From an uncultured delta proteobacterium (lineage in GTDB: Bacteria > Desulfobacterota > Binatia > DP-6): a DNA stretch of 64,000 nt. Position numbers and translations under genes: made by a program. The stretch covers positions 736,001 to 800,000 of the forward strand of contig CAWFFN010000007.1 of assembly GCA_963815115.1 (NCBI GenBank), in the 5' to 3' direction. Position 1 is the first letter of the stretch. Every line of letters starts with the position of its first letter. Shown one piece after another: positions 29,377 to 38,569 of this stretch. The notes beneath the pieces were generated by a model that did not search any database, was not told the DNA's origin, and worked only from the letters and a program-made list of their open reading frames with translations.

Positions 29377-31901
29377 ACACCGCGACGTGCCGTCTCGACG
29401 AGGCGAGCGAGGATCGCGAGCGCGTCGAGCGGGGTGAGGCGGTCGGGATCGAGGGCGGCGAGCTCGTGTCGGAGCTGTGCGTCGGGCGCACCGAACAGCG
29501 AGAGCTGGGCCTGTGTCGCATCGGGTGCCGCGCGCGGGCCGGACGGACCGCCCGCCGTCTCACCCGTCTCCAGGCGTGCGAGGAGCTCGCGCGCGCGCGC
29601 CACCACCGGCGCCGGCACGCCCGCGAGCGCAGCCACCTCGAGCCCGTAGCTGCGTGGCGCCGGCCCGGGCACGATCTGGCGCAGGAAGACGATCGCCCCC
29701 TTCCACTCCGCGACCGCCACCGAGAGGTTCCGCACGCGGGCATGCTCGGCGGCCAGCGCGGTCAGCTCGTGGTAGTGGGTCGCGAACAGCGTGCGCGGCC
29801 GCTCCGGGGCGTCGTGCAGATGCTCGGCCACCGCCCAGGCGATGGAGATGCCGTCGAAGGTGCTGGTGCCGCGCCCGATCTCGTCGAGGATCACCAGGCT
29901 GCGCGGCGTCAAGTTGGCGAGGATGGCCGCCGTCTCCCGCATCTCCACCATGAAGGTCGAATCCCCGCCGACGAGGTTGTCGCTCGCTCCGACCCGGGTG
30001 AAGATGCGGTCGACGAGCCCGACGTCGGCCTCGGTGGCGGGCACGAAGCTCCCCAGCTGCGCGAGGAGCGTGATGAGCGCGACCTGGCGCAGGTAGGTGG
30101 ACTTCCCTCCCATGTTGGGACCCGTGAGGATGATCAGCTGTGCGCCGTCGCCGTCGAGCGTGGTGTCGTTGGGAACGAACGCCTCCGGGCCGACGGCCTC
30201 GACCACGGGATGCCGTCCGGCCCGGACGCGCAGCGCCGGCTCGCGCGTCAGGCGCGGGCGGACCCAGCCGCGCCGGTGTGCCACCTCCGCCAGCGACGCC
30301 AGCGCATCGAGGGTGGCGAGCGCGTCCGCGGTGCGCGCGAGGGACGGATGCCGGGCCGCGACCGAGTCGACGAGCCCGGCGAACAGGTGCTGCTCGAGCG
30401 CCCGCAGCCGCTCCTCCGCGCCGAGCACGCGCGCCTCGTGCTCCTTCAGCGCCGACGTGACGAAGCGCTCCGCGCCCACCAGCGTCTGCTTGCGCTCGTA
30501 GTCGGCGGGAACCTGCGGCAGGTTGGGCTTGGTCACCTCGACGTAGTAGCCGAAGACCTTGTTGTAGCGGACCTTGAGGGACGTGATGCCCGTGCGGCGC
30601 CGCTCCTCGGTCTCGAAGCGCGCCAGCCACCCCTTCCCGTCACGCGCGCTGTCGCGCAGCGCATCCACCTCGGGGTGGCATCCCTGCCGGATGAACCCGG
30701 GGAGGCGCGTGTGCGGCGGCGGCGCTTCCACCAGCGTCGCGGTGATCTCGCCCGACACCTCGGGCAGCGGGTCGAGCGCCTGGACCAGCCGGCGCAGCAG
30801 CGGACCGGGCAGCCGTGCCGCCGCGCCGCGCGCGGCCTCGACGCGCAGGAGCGCCGCGGCCAGGGTGGTCAGGTCACGCGGGCCCGCGACCCGTGCGCCG
30901 ACCCGCCCCGAGAGCCGCTCGAGGTCCCCCATGCCGGCGAGCGCCTCGCGCATCGCCGCCCGTTCCGCGACGTGCTCCACCAGTGCCTCCACGGCGTCGA
31001 GCCGCTCGCCGATGCGCGCCGGGTCGAGGAGCGGGGCGAGGAGCCAGTCACGCAACCGGCGGGCGCCCATGGCCGTGCCGGTCTCGTCGAGCACCCAGAG
31101 GAGCGACCCGCGCCGCTCGCCTCCGAGCGTCTGCAGGAGCTCCAGATTCCGCCGCGTGGCCGCGTCGAGCACCAGCAGCCCGGAGAGGGTGTACTCCTCG
31201 GGCGGCCGGAGGTGCGCGGGGCGACGGCGATACACGCCGTCCACGTAGGCGAGCGCGCCACCCGCCGCCCGGGCGGCGAGTGGGGGCAGCGTCCCCTCGA
31301 TCGCGACCGGCTCCGGCAACGCCGCCCGCGCCCACGGCCGCGCCGGCCCGAGCGCGGCGGCGATCTCGCCCGGCAGATCCGCCGGCAGGAGCAGCTCGCG
31401 GGGTGCGAGCCGCTCCAGCTCCTCGCGCGCGATCGCCCAGCCGGCGATCTCGCTGGCGCGGAACGCCCCGCTGGCGAAGTCGATCGCCGCGATGCCGAAG
31501 CGCGTGCCGTCCTCGTGCGCGAGCGCGACCAGCAGGCTCGGGGCGCCCGGCTCGAGGCATTCCTCCTCGAGGATGGTGCCCGGCGTCACCACCCGCACCA
31601 CCTCGCGCTCGAGGATCTTCTTGCCGGGTCCCGGCTCGCCCTGCTCGCAGATGGCCACCGCGTGGCCGGCCGCCAGCAGCCGGGTGACGTACGGCTGCGC
31701 GGCGTGGGCGGGGAAGCCGCACAGCGGGACCTCGTCCGGGTCGCCGCGGTTCCGGGCCGTCAGCGTCAGGTCGAGGACGGCGGCGCCGGTGCGCGCGTCC
31801 TCGAAGAACATCTCGTAGAAGTCGCCGAGCCGGAAGAGCAGGATGGCGTCGCGGTGCTGCGCCTTGACGCGCAGGTACTGTGCGAGGAGCGCGCCCCTCA
31901 C
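29373..31901 (-). CDS. mutS: DNA mismatch repair protein MutS
   Basis: FRLGDFYEMF, TGPNMGGKSTY, STFMVEM, DEIGRGTST, ATHYHEL; GTGA overlap with the VWA gene. Confidence 0.96.
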   Translation of the reverse strand: MRGALLAQYLRVKAQHRDAILLFRLGDFYEMFFEDARTGAAVLDLTLTARNRGDPDEVPLCGFPAHAAQPYVTRLLAAGHAVAICEQGEPGPGKKILEREVVRVVTPGTILEEECLEPGAPSLLVALAHEDGTRFGIAAIDFASGAFRASEIAGWAIAREELERLAPRELLLPADLPGEIAAALGPARPWARAALPEPVAIEGTLPPLAARAAGGALAYVDGVYRRRPAHLRPPEEYTLSGLLVLDAATRRNLELLQTLGGERRGSLLWVLDETGTAMGARRLRDWLLAPLLDPARIGERLDAVEALVEHVAERAAMREALAGMGDLERLSGRVGARVAGPRDLTTLAAALLRVEAARGAAARLPGPLLRRLVQALDPLPEVSGEITATLVEAPPPHTRLPGFIRQGCHPEVDALRDSARDGKGWLARFETEERRRTGITSLKVRYNKVFGYYVEVTKPNLPQVPADYERKQTLVGAERFVTSALKEHEARVLGAEERLRALEQHLFAGLVDSVAARHPSLARTADALATLDALASLAEVAHRRGWVRPRLTREPALRVRAGRHPVVEAVGPEAFVPNDTTLDGDGAQLIILTGPNMGGKSTYLRQVALITLLAQLGSFVPATEADVGLVDRIFTRVGASDNLVGGDSTFMVEMRETAAILANLTPRSLVILDEIGRGTSTFDGISIAWAVAEHLHDAPERPRTLFATHYHELTALAAEHARVRNLSVAVAEWKGAIVFLRQIVPGPAPRSYGLEVAALAGVPAPVVARARELLARLETGETAGGPSGPRAAPDATQAQLSLFGAPDAQLRHELAALDPDRLTPLDALAILARLVETARRGV

Positions 31902-33487
31902 ACCCGCTTGCGCTTCTTCGTCAGGTAGTCGACCAGGAGATACTGCCCCAGTCGATCCGGCCGCGTGTAGAGCGCGCGGCCCTTGTTGATGCGGGTCATG
32001 CGCTCGACGAAGGCGCGCAGGCTCGGGCTGTCGTCGAGCATGAAGGTGTTGACCGTGATGCCGCGGCGGGTGACGCGCTCGACCTCGCGCAGGGTCTCCT
32101 GGGCAGCACGCATGCTGATGCCGCCGAAGGACAGCGGCCACTCGCAGTAGAGCCGGCCGCGCGAGAAGTAGGCCGTCGGCTGGCCGTCGGTGATCACGAT
32201 GATGTGCTGGTTGCTGCTCGGGTGGCGTGCCAGGAGCTCGGCCGCGAGGCGCAGCCCGTCCTGCAGGTTGGTGAACGGATCACCCATGTTCCAGCTCGCC
32301 TCCGGCAGGTCGCGGAGGCGGAGCTCCACCGCGCGGGTGAAGAACCCGACGATGCCGAAGTAGTCGCGCGGATAGCGCGACCGGATCAGGCTCTCCATCG
32401 CGAGAGCGACCTTCTTCGCCGCCGCGAAGCGCCCCTCCCACGACATCGACCAGCTCATGTCGAGCAGGAGCACCGTGGAGCTGGTGGTGGTCTGGTCGGC
32501 CGCGTACACCTCGAAGTCGTCCGGCGCGAGGGCCAGGGGCGTTCCCGGCCGCCGCGCGACCGCCTTCTTGAGCGTCGCCACGAGGTCGAGCGCCAGCGGA
32601 TCGCCGAAGCGATAGGGGCGCGTCTCCTCCGGGCGCAGCAGCGTGGCGCCGCGCTTGTCGGTGGCGTGACCGCCGGGACGGTCGCGCAGCAGACCCTGAT
32701 AGATGTCGCGCAGCGCGAGGTGCCCGATGCGCCGCACGCCCTTCGGCGACAGCACCGCGCGTCCTTCCCGTTGCGTCACGTAGCCGGCCTGCGCGATCGC
32801 CCGCATCATGCCCTGGAGGAGCTGCAAGCTGCGCTGCGCTCCCGGTCCGAGCAGCTCGCCGAGCTGGCTGGCGTCGATCATGTCGAGGTTGCCGCTGAGG
32901 AGCTGCTCCTCGAGCCGCTTCCACGCCTCTATCTCACGCATGAGGTCGATGGCCTCGGCGAAGCTCAAGGAGCGCGGGCCGTGGAACAGATCACCGTAGC
33001 GCCGCTCGAACTCCTCCAGCCCCCGGATGTTCTCGAGCTCGTCGCGCAGCGCCTCGTACAGCGCCTCGGCTTCGCCATTCTCGAAGGCGTAGTCGGCGAG
33101 CGCCGCCAGGGCGTCCGACAGCCGGGGCGGCAGCTGATCGAGCTGGCTTCGCTTGCGGGCGGCCCGCTCCTGGTCGTCGAGCCCGTCCAGGGTCTCGCGC
33201 TCGAGGTCGAGGAGCTCCTCGAGCTTTTCGCGCATCTCGGCCATGGCCCCGCGCAGGTTGACCTCGCGGTAGCGGGCTCGCATCGCCTCGCGCAGCTCCT
33301 CGAGGAGGTCGTCGAGCCCGAGCACGCGGATGCCCTCGAGCTCGAGTCCCTGGTGGCGCAGCCAGTCGAGCGCCTGCTGGACGTCGTCGGTGTACGACAG
33401 GTACTCGGAGAGCTTGTCGAACACCTCCTCGGCAGTCAGGCGCACCTGCTGGGTGCCGTCCCACGCCGTGTAGCGGACGACGAGCAT
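31898..33487 (-). CDS. VWA (MIDAS) domain protein
   Basis: RYTAWDGTQ N-terminus, LLLDMSWSM (DxSxS), TNLQDGL, ITDGQPTA. Confidence 0.88.
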   Translation of the reverse strand: MLVVRYTAWDGTQQVRLTAEEVFDKLSEYLSYTDDVQQALDWLRHQGLELEGIRVLGLDDLLEELREAMRARYREVNLRGAMAEMREKLEELLDLERETLDGLDDQERAARKRSQLDQLPPRLSDALAALADYAFENGEAEALYEALRDELENIRGLEEFERRYGDLFHGPRSLSFAEAIDLMREIEAWKRLEEQLLSGNLDMIDASQLGELLGPGAQRSLQLLQGMMRAIAQAGYVTQREGRAVLSPKGVRRIGHLALRDIYQGLLRDRPGGHATDKRGATLLRPEETRPYRFGDPLALDLVATLKKAVARRPGTPLALAPDDFEVYAADQTTTSSTVLLLDMSWSMSWEGRFAAAKKVALAMESLIRSRYPRDYFGIVGFFTRAVELRLRDLPEASWNMGDPFTNLQDGLRLAAELLARHPSSNQHIIVITDGQPTAYFSRGRLYCEWPLSFGGISMRAAQETLREVERVTRRGITVNTFMLDDSPSLRAFVERMTRINKGRALYTRPDRLGQYLLVDYLTKKRKRV

Positions 33488-34893
33488 CAGGCGCGGTAGG
33501 CCCAGCGGCCCCCTTCGCGGTCCTTGTTGAGGCGCTGGTGCAGGTGCAGCCCTTCCAGCACCAGCTCGATCGCCGCCGCCATGAGCCCAGGGCTCTCGAA
33601 CGGCCCGAGCAGCGCGACCGCCTCGCGCAGCCCCGGGATCTTCTGCACGCCCTCGCGATACTCCGCCGAGGGCATCCGGTCCGACACCTCGACGCCCCAG
33701 CCGGCCTCGAAGTGTCCGACGATCCGTCCGAGCGCCTCCACCGAGAGGAAGCGATCCCACACCACCAGGACCGCCCGGTTGATCAGGCGATCGACGAGGT
33801 CCTCTTCCTTCTTGTCCTCGCCGGCGTACTCGAGCTCGATCTTGCCCGCCGTCGAGGCGAGCACCGCGTGCAGATCGGTCAGGCGGGGCACGATCTCGCG
33901 CTCGCCGGTCCGCAGCGCGCGCTTCTCCGCGTTGGAGATCAAGGTCTCGTAGTTGTTGATGCTGACCCGCACGCTCACGCCCGAGCTCTGGCTGATCTCG
34001 TTCGATGCCCGCGCCTCGAGCGTCACCTGCGCCACCAGCTCCTTCATGAACTGCGGCACGCGCAGCTCGCGCCCGTCGCGATCGACGGGCGTCGCCTCCT
34101 GCTCCATGATGGCGATCTCGTCCTCGAGCGTGCGCGGATAGTGGGTGCGGATCTGCACGTCGAAGCGGTCCTTGAGCGGCGTGATGATGCGCCCCCGGCT
34201 GGTGTAGTCCTCCGGGTTGGCGCTGGCGACGATCACGACGTCGAGCGGCAGGTGGATGCGATAGCCCTTGATCTGGACGTCGCGCTCCTCCATCAGGTTG
34301 AACAGGCCCACCTGGACCTTCTCCGTGAGGTCGGGCAGCTCGTTGATGGCGAAGATGCCGCGATGGCTGCGCGGGATCAGGCCGTAGTGGATGGTCTCCT
34401 CGTCCGCCAGGTAGCGGCCCTCGGCCACCTTCACGGGGTCGATCTCGCCCACCAGATCGGCCATCGAGACGTCGGGGGTGGCGAGCTTCTCGCCGTAGCG
34501 CTGCGCCGGCGCGATCCAGGCGACGGCGAGCGCGTCGCCCTCCGCCGCGACCCGGTGCCGGCAGGGCGCGCACAGCGGCGCGAACGGGTCGTCGTTGATC
34601 TGGCATCCCGCGACTGCCGGCACCAGCGGGTCGAGGAACCGCCGCAGGCTGCGGATGATGCGGCTCTTCCCCTGCCCGCGCTCGCCGAGGAACACCATGT
34701 GGTGGCCGGCGAGCAGCGCGTTCTCGATCTCCGGCACGACCGTGTCGTCGTAGCCGATGATGCCGGGCAGCAGGCGGTCGCCGCTCGCCAACCGCGCGAG
34801 CGCGTTGCGGCGCATCTCCTCGCGCACGGGACGCACCCGATAGCCAGACGCCTTCAGCTCGCCGAGCGTGCTCGGCCGGACGGACTCATGCAC
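33487..34893 (-). CDS. AAA+ ATPase, magnesium-chelatase/MoxR-like
   Basis: GERGQGKS Walker A, IFAINELPDL Walker B, SANPEDYTSRGRIITPLKDR; TGATG coupling to the VWA gene. Confidence 0.88.
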   Translation of the reverse strand: MHESVRPSTLGELKASGYRVRPVREEMRRNALARLASGDRLLPGIIGYDDTVVPEIENALLAGHHMVFLGERGQGKSRIIRSLRRFLDPLVPAVAGCQINDDPFAPLCAPCRHRVAAEGDALAVAWIAPAQRYGEKLATPDVSMADLVGEIDPVKVAEGRYLADEETIHYGLIPRSHRGIFAINELPDLTEKVQVGLFNLMEERDVQIKGYRIHLPLDVVIVASANPEDYTSRGRIITPLKDRFDVQIRTHYPRTLEDEIAIMEQEATPVDRDGRELRVPQFMKELVAQVTLEARASNEISQSSGVSVRVSINNYETLISNAEKRALRTGEREIVPRLTDLHAVLASTAGKIELEYAGEDKKEEDLVDRLINRAVLVVWDRFLSVEALGRIVGHFEAGWGVEVSDRMPSAEYREGVQKIPGLREAVALLGPFESPGLMAAAIELVLEGLHLHQRLNKDREGGRWAYRA

Positions 34894-34977
34894 GATTGCC
34901 GCCTCCGTGTGATTGGCGGCGGATCATACACGGGTCCTCGCAAACGAGACAACCAAACGGCCCGGCGGCCGGCCGGC

Positions 34978-35466
34978 TCATCCGTCGAGCCAGCCGAAGG
35001 CGGGTCGCAGACGCTCCCAGGTCGTCAGCAGATGCTCCGGCACCACGCGCACGTCGTCCAGCACGGGCATGAAGTTGGTGTCGCCGGTCCAGCGCGGCAC
35101 CAGGTGCCAGTGGAGATGATCCTTCACGCCCGCTCCCGCCGGCGCACCGAGATTCATCCCGAGGTTGAACCCTTGCGGGCGCAGCACCGCCTCGAGCGAG
35201 GCGAGCGCGCGCCGCAGCGTCTCGGCGAGATCGGCATGCTCGTCCGCAGGCAGGTCGGGCAGCGACGCGCCATGCCGCCGCGGTGCCACCATCAGGTGGC
35301 CGCTCGCGTACGGGTAGCGGTTCAGCATCACCAGACTCGCCGCGGTGGTCCCGAGGAGCAGCCGCTCGCGCGGGTCGCCGTCGGTGGCGTGACAGAAGAT
35401 GCACCCGGCGTCGGTTTTCTCGGCACCGACGTACGCCATGCGCCACGGGGCCCAGAGAACCTTCAT
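34978..35466 (-). CDS. HIT family (FHIT-like Ap4A hydrolase/phosphorylase)
   Basis: LWAPWRMAY, CIFC, NRYPYASGHLM, HLHWH, PRWTGDTNF. Confidence 0.92.
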   Translation of the reverse strand: MKVLWAPWRMAYVGAEKTDAGCIFCHATDGDPRERLLLGTTAASLVMLNRYPYASGHLMVAPRRHGASLPDLPADEHADLAETLRRALASLEAVLRPQGFNLGMNLGAPAGAGVKDHLHWHLVPRWTGDTNFMPVLDDVRVVPEHLLTTWERLRPAFGWLDG

Positions 35467-35538
35467 CGCGCCCCGAGACTGCGTCTGGGACGCAAGCGGA
35501 AGCGGGCGTGGAGCGTTCGGTCGGTCGGGCGAGCGCCC

Positions 35539-35675
35539 TGCCGCGGCCGGCGAAGCCGGCGCGGCAACACGTGGCACGCCCGCGAGCCCTGCCCGATGCG
35601 TCCCACGTCATCTGCGAGCGTGCCGCCGGCTCGTACTCCGGCACGTCTGCCGCGCCGGCTTCGCCGGCCGCGGCA
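35539..35675. repeat. REP doublet (REPIN-like): perfect 28-bp inverted repeat around an 81-bp spacer
   Basis: TGCCGCGGCCGGCGAAGCCGGCGCGGCA (35539-35566) and its exact reverse complement (35648-35675); each unit is a GAA/TTC-loop hairpin. Confidence 0.8.
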
Positions 35676-35699
35676 CGACGTCCGCACGGGCATCGAGCC

Positions 35700-36044
35700 T
35701 CACTCTCGTTCTCCGTCCCGACTCGAGACGAAGTCTCGGGTCGGCTCCTCGTCCGGGGTCCACGGCTTGCCGTCGACCCGCAGCCGCAGCTCCTTCCCGA
35801 CCTTGAAGAAGGGCACGCGCTTGGCGTGCACGGGGACGAGCGCTCCGGTCTTCGGATTGCGACCCTCGCGCGCCTGGCGCCGCTTCACCACGAAGCTGCC
35901 GAACCCGCGGATCTCGATCCGCTCGCCACGCACCAGCGCCTGGGTGAGACTGTCGAAGACCTCGTTGACGATCACCTCGGCGTCGCGCCGCGAGAACCGG
36001 GGGAACAGCTTCACCACCTCGTCGATGAGATCGCGCTTCGTCAT
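35700..36044 (-). CDS. ihfB: Integration host factor subunit beta
   Basis: GERIEIRGFGSF, GRNPKTG, PFFKVGKELR; follows rpsA. Confidence 0.93.
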   Translation of the reverse strand: MTKRDLIDEVVKLFPRFSRRDAEVIVNEVFDSLTQALVRGERIEIRGFGSFVVKRRQAREGRNPKTGALVPVHAKRVPFFKVGKELRLRVDGKPWTPDEEPTRDFVSSRDGERE

Positions 36045-36074
36045 GGCGGGTCCCCCGGCGCCGAGGCGTGCGCC

Positions 36075-37793
36075 TCAGGCCTTGCTCTTGTCGCGTGCTT
36101 CGAGGTCCTCGGTCATGATGTCGGCGAAGGAGAACTTGGCTCCCTCGCGCTCGCGCCGGAGGTAGGCGTCGACCTCTTCGCGCTCCTCGCTGCGCCGGAG
36201 CGCCTTGATGGAGAGCGCGATGCGCTTCTCGCGGGCATCGACCTGGGTGACCTCGGCCTCGATCTCGTCGCCCACCTTGTAGAGCGACGACGGGCGGTCG
36301 ACGCGCTCGGTGGAGAGCTGCGAGACGTGCACGAGCCCCTCGACGCCCTCCTCGAGCTCCACGAACACGCCGAAGTCGGTGACGCTCGAGACCTTGCCCC
36401 GCACGCGTCCGCCCACGGGATAGCGCGTCGGCACCTGCGACCACGGGTCCTCGGTGAGCTGCTTGATGCCGAGCGAGATGCGCTCGTTGTCGACGTCGAT
36501 GCCCAGCACCACCGCCTCGACGTCGTCGCCCTTCTTGAAGAACTCCGAGGGGTGCTTGACCTTCTTCGTCCAGTGCAGGTCGGAGACGTGCACCAGGCCG
36601 TCGATCCCTTCCTCCAGCTCGACGAACAGGCCGAAGTCGGTGATGCTCTTCACCTTGCCGCTCACCCGGCTGCCCACGGGATGGTTGATGCGGACCAGCT
36701 CCCAGGGATTGGGCTCGGTCTGCTTGAGGCCGAGCGAGATGCGGCGGTTGTGGGCGTCGATGTCCAGGACCTGGACGTCCACCTCCTGCCCGACCTCGAG
36801 CACCTTCGAGGGATGCGTCACGCGCTTCGTCCACGACATCTCGGAGACGTGCACCAGGCCCTCGAGCCCGGACTCGATCTCGACGAAGGCGCCGTAGTCG
36901 GTGATGCTCTGGACCTTACCGTGCACCCGGGCGCCGATGGGCAGGCGCTCGCTCACCGTGCTCCAGGGATCGGGCATGATCTGTTTCATGCCGAGCGACA
37001 CGCGCTCGCGCTCGGGATCGTACTTGAGCACGACCACCTTGACGTGATCCCCGACGTTCACCACCTCGGACGGATGGCCGACGCGCGCCCACGACATGTC
37101 GGTGACGTGCAGCAGGCCGTCGATGCCGCCGAGATCGACGAACGCGCCGTAGTCGGTGATGTTCTTGACCGTGCCCTCGAGAATGACGCCTTCCTCGAGC
37201 ACCTTGAGCGTCTCTTCCTTGAGCTGCGTGCGCTCGCGCTCGAGCACCGCGCGCCGCGACACCACCACGTTGCCGCGCGAGCGGTTGAACTTGAGGATCG
37301 CGAAGCGTCCGCGCTGCCCGATGTAGCGGTCGAGGTTGCGCGCCGGCCGCAGATCGGCGTGCGATCCCGGAAGGAAGGCCGGGACGCCGATGTCGACCTT
37401 GAGACCGCCCTTCACCTTCCCGACGATGGCGCCCTCGACCGCGCCCTCGGCCTCGAAGGCTCGCTCGATGTCACGCCACACGACGAGCTGCAGCGCCTTC
37501 TGGCGCGACAGGTGGACGTTGCCGCTCTCCGTCTCCGTCGACTCGAAGAAGACCTCGACCGAATCGCCCTCCTGCACCGCGACCTCGCCCTCGCGCGAGG
37601 TGAACTCGTGGATGGGAACGGTACCCTCGCACTTGTAGCCGATATCGACGGTGACGCTGTCGCGTCCCACCCGAACCACCCGGCCGGTGACGATGTCACC
37701 CGGCTTCGGGCTCTTCAGGCTCTGCTCGAAGAGGGCGGCAAAATCCTCTTCGGCTCCGGTCGCTGGACCGGGCTTCTCCGACGATACGGACAT
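36075..37793 (-). CDS. rpsA: 30S ribosomal protein S1
   Basis: Six S1 repeats (e.g. ITDYGAFVDLGGIDGLLHVTDMSW). Confidence 0.97.
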   Translation of the reverse strand: MSVSSEKPGPATGAEEDFAALFEQSLKSPKPGDIVTGRVVRVGRDSVTVDIGYKCEGTVPIHEFTSREGEVAVQEGDSVEVFFESTETESGNVHLSRQKALQLVVWRDIERAFEAEGAVEGAIVGKVKGGLKVDIGVPAFLPGSHADLRPARNLDRYIGQRGRFAILKFNRSRGNVVVSRRAVLERERTQLKEETLKVLEEGVILEGTVKNITDYGAFVDLGGIDGLLHVTDMSWARVGHPSEVVNVGDHVKVVVLKYDPERERVSLGMKQIMPDPWSTVSERLPIGARVHGKVQSITDYGAFVEIESGLEGLVHVSEMSWTKRVTHPSKVLEVGQEVDVQVLDIDAHNRRISLGLKQTEPNPWELVRINHPVGSRVSGKVKSITDFGLFVELEEGIDGLVHVSDLHWTKKVKHPSEFFKKGDDVEAVVLGIDVDNERISLGIKQLTEDPWSQVPTRYPVGGRVRGKVSSVTDFGVFVELEEGVEGLVHVSQLSTERVDRPSSLYKVGDEIEAEVTQVDAREKRIALSIKALRRSEEREEVDAYLRREREGAKFSFADIMTEDLEARDKSKA

Positions 37794-37894
37794 CAATGGG
37801 ATACCCCCTGCGGGACGGACTGTTGCAGGCGTACGCGCAACCGGCAATCCATAGCGTTGTTCACTCACGCTTGCAAGACCAAAGGGCTTTCTCC

Positions 37895-38569
37895 TCAGCG
37901 CAGATCTGCCAGACAGGCTACCACCACCCGCTCCATCTGCGCTACGACCTGCTCTAGCGTGAAGGCGCTGGTGTCGAGGCGGAGCGCGTCGGCCGCCGGA
38001 CGCAACGGCGAGTGGCTGCGCGCGCTGTCGCGCCGATCGCGGGCTTCGATCTCGCGGGCGAGGGCCGCCTCGTCCACGGCCTCGCCCCGGGCGCGGAGCT
38101 CCATGGCTCGCCGCCGCGCCCGCACGGCCGGGTCGGCGGTCAGGTAGAGCTTGACCTCGGCGTGCGGGAACACGGCCGTGCCGATGTCCCGCCCCTCCAT
38201 CACCACCCCGCCGCCCGCACCGAGCTCGCGCTGCAAGGCGACCAGGCGCTCGCGCACCGCGGGACGGGTCGAGACACGCGACGCCAGCTCCCCGGCCTCG
38301 GCGCGGCGGATCGCCGCCGAGAGGTCGTTCCCGTCGACCGCGAGACCCGTCCCCCGGTCGCGCAGCTCGAAGCGCAGGCCGCCCACCAGGCGTGCGAGCG
38401 CGGCGTCGTCGTCCAGCGGAACGCCGCGGTCGTGCGCGATCACGCCGACCGCGCGGTACATCGCGCCCGTGTCGACGTACGCGTAGCCGAGCCGGCCGGC
38501 GAGCGCTCGGCTCGCCGTGCTCTTGCCCGCGCCCGCGGGCCCGTCGACCGCGACCACGATCCGCCGCAT
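37895..38569 (-). CDS. cmk: Cytidylate kinase, bacterial type
   Basis: DGPAGAGKST, DTGAMYRA, EGRDIGT, RDRRDSAR..SPL. Confidence 0.96.
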   Translation of the reverse strand: MRRIVVAVDGPAGAGKSTASRALAGRLGYAYVDTGAMYRAVGVIAHDRGVPLDDDAALARLVGGLRFELRDRGTGLAVDGNDLSAAIRRAEAGELASRVSTRPAVRERLVALQRELGAGGGVVMEGRDIGTAVFPHAEVKLYLTADPAVRARRRAMELRARGEAVDEAALAREIEARDRRDSARSHSPLRPAADALRLDTSAFTLEQVVAQMERVVVACLADLR

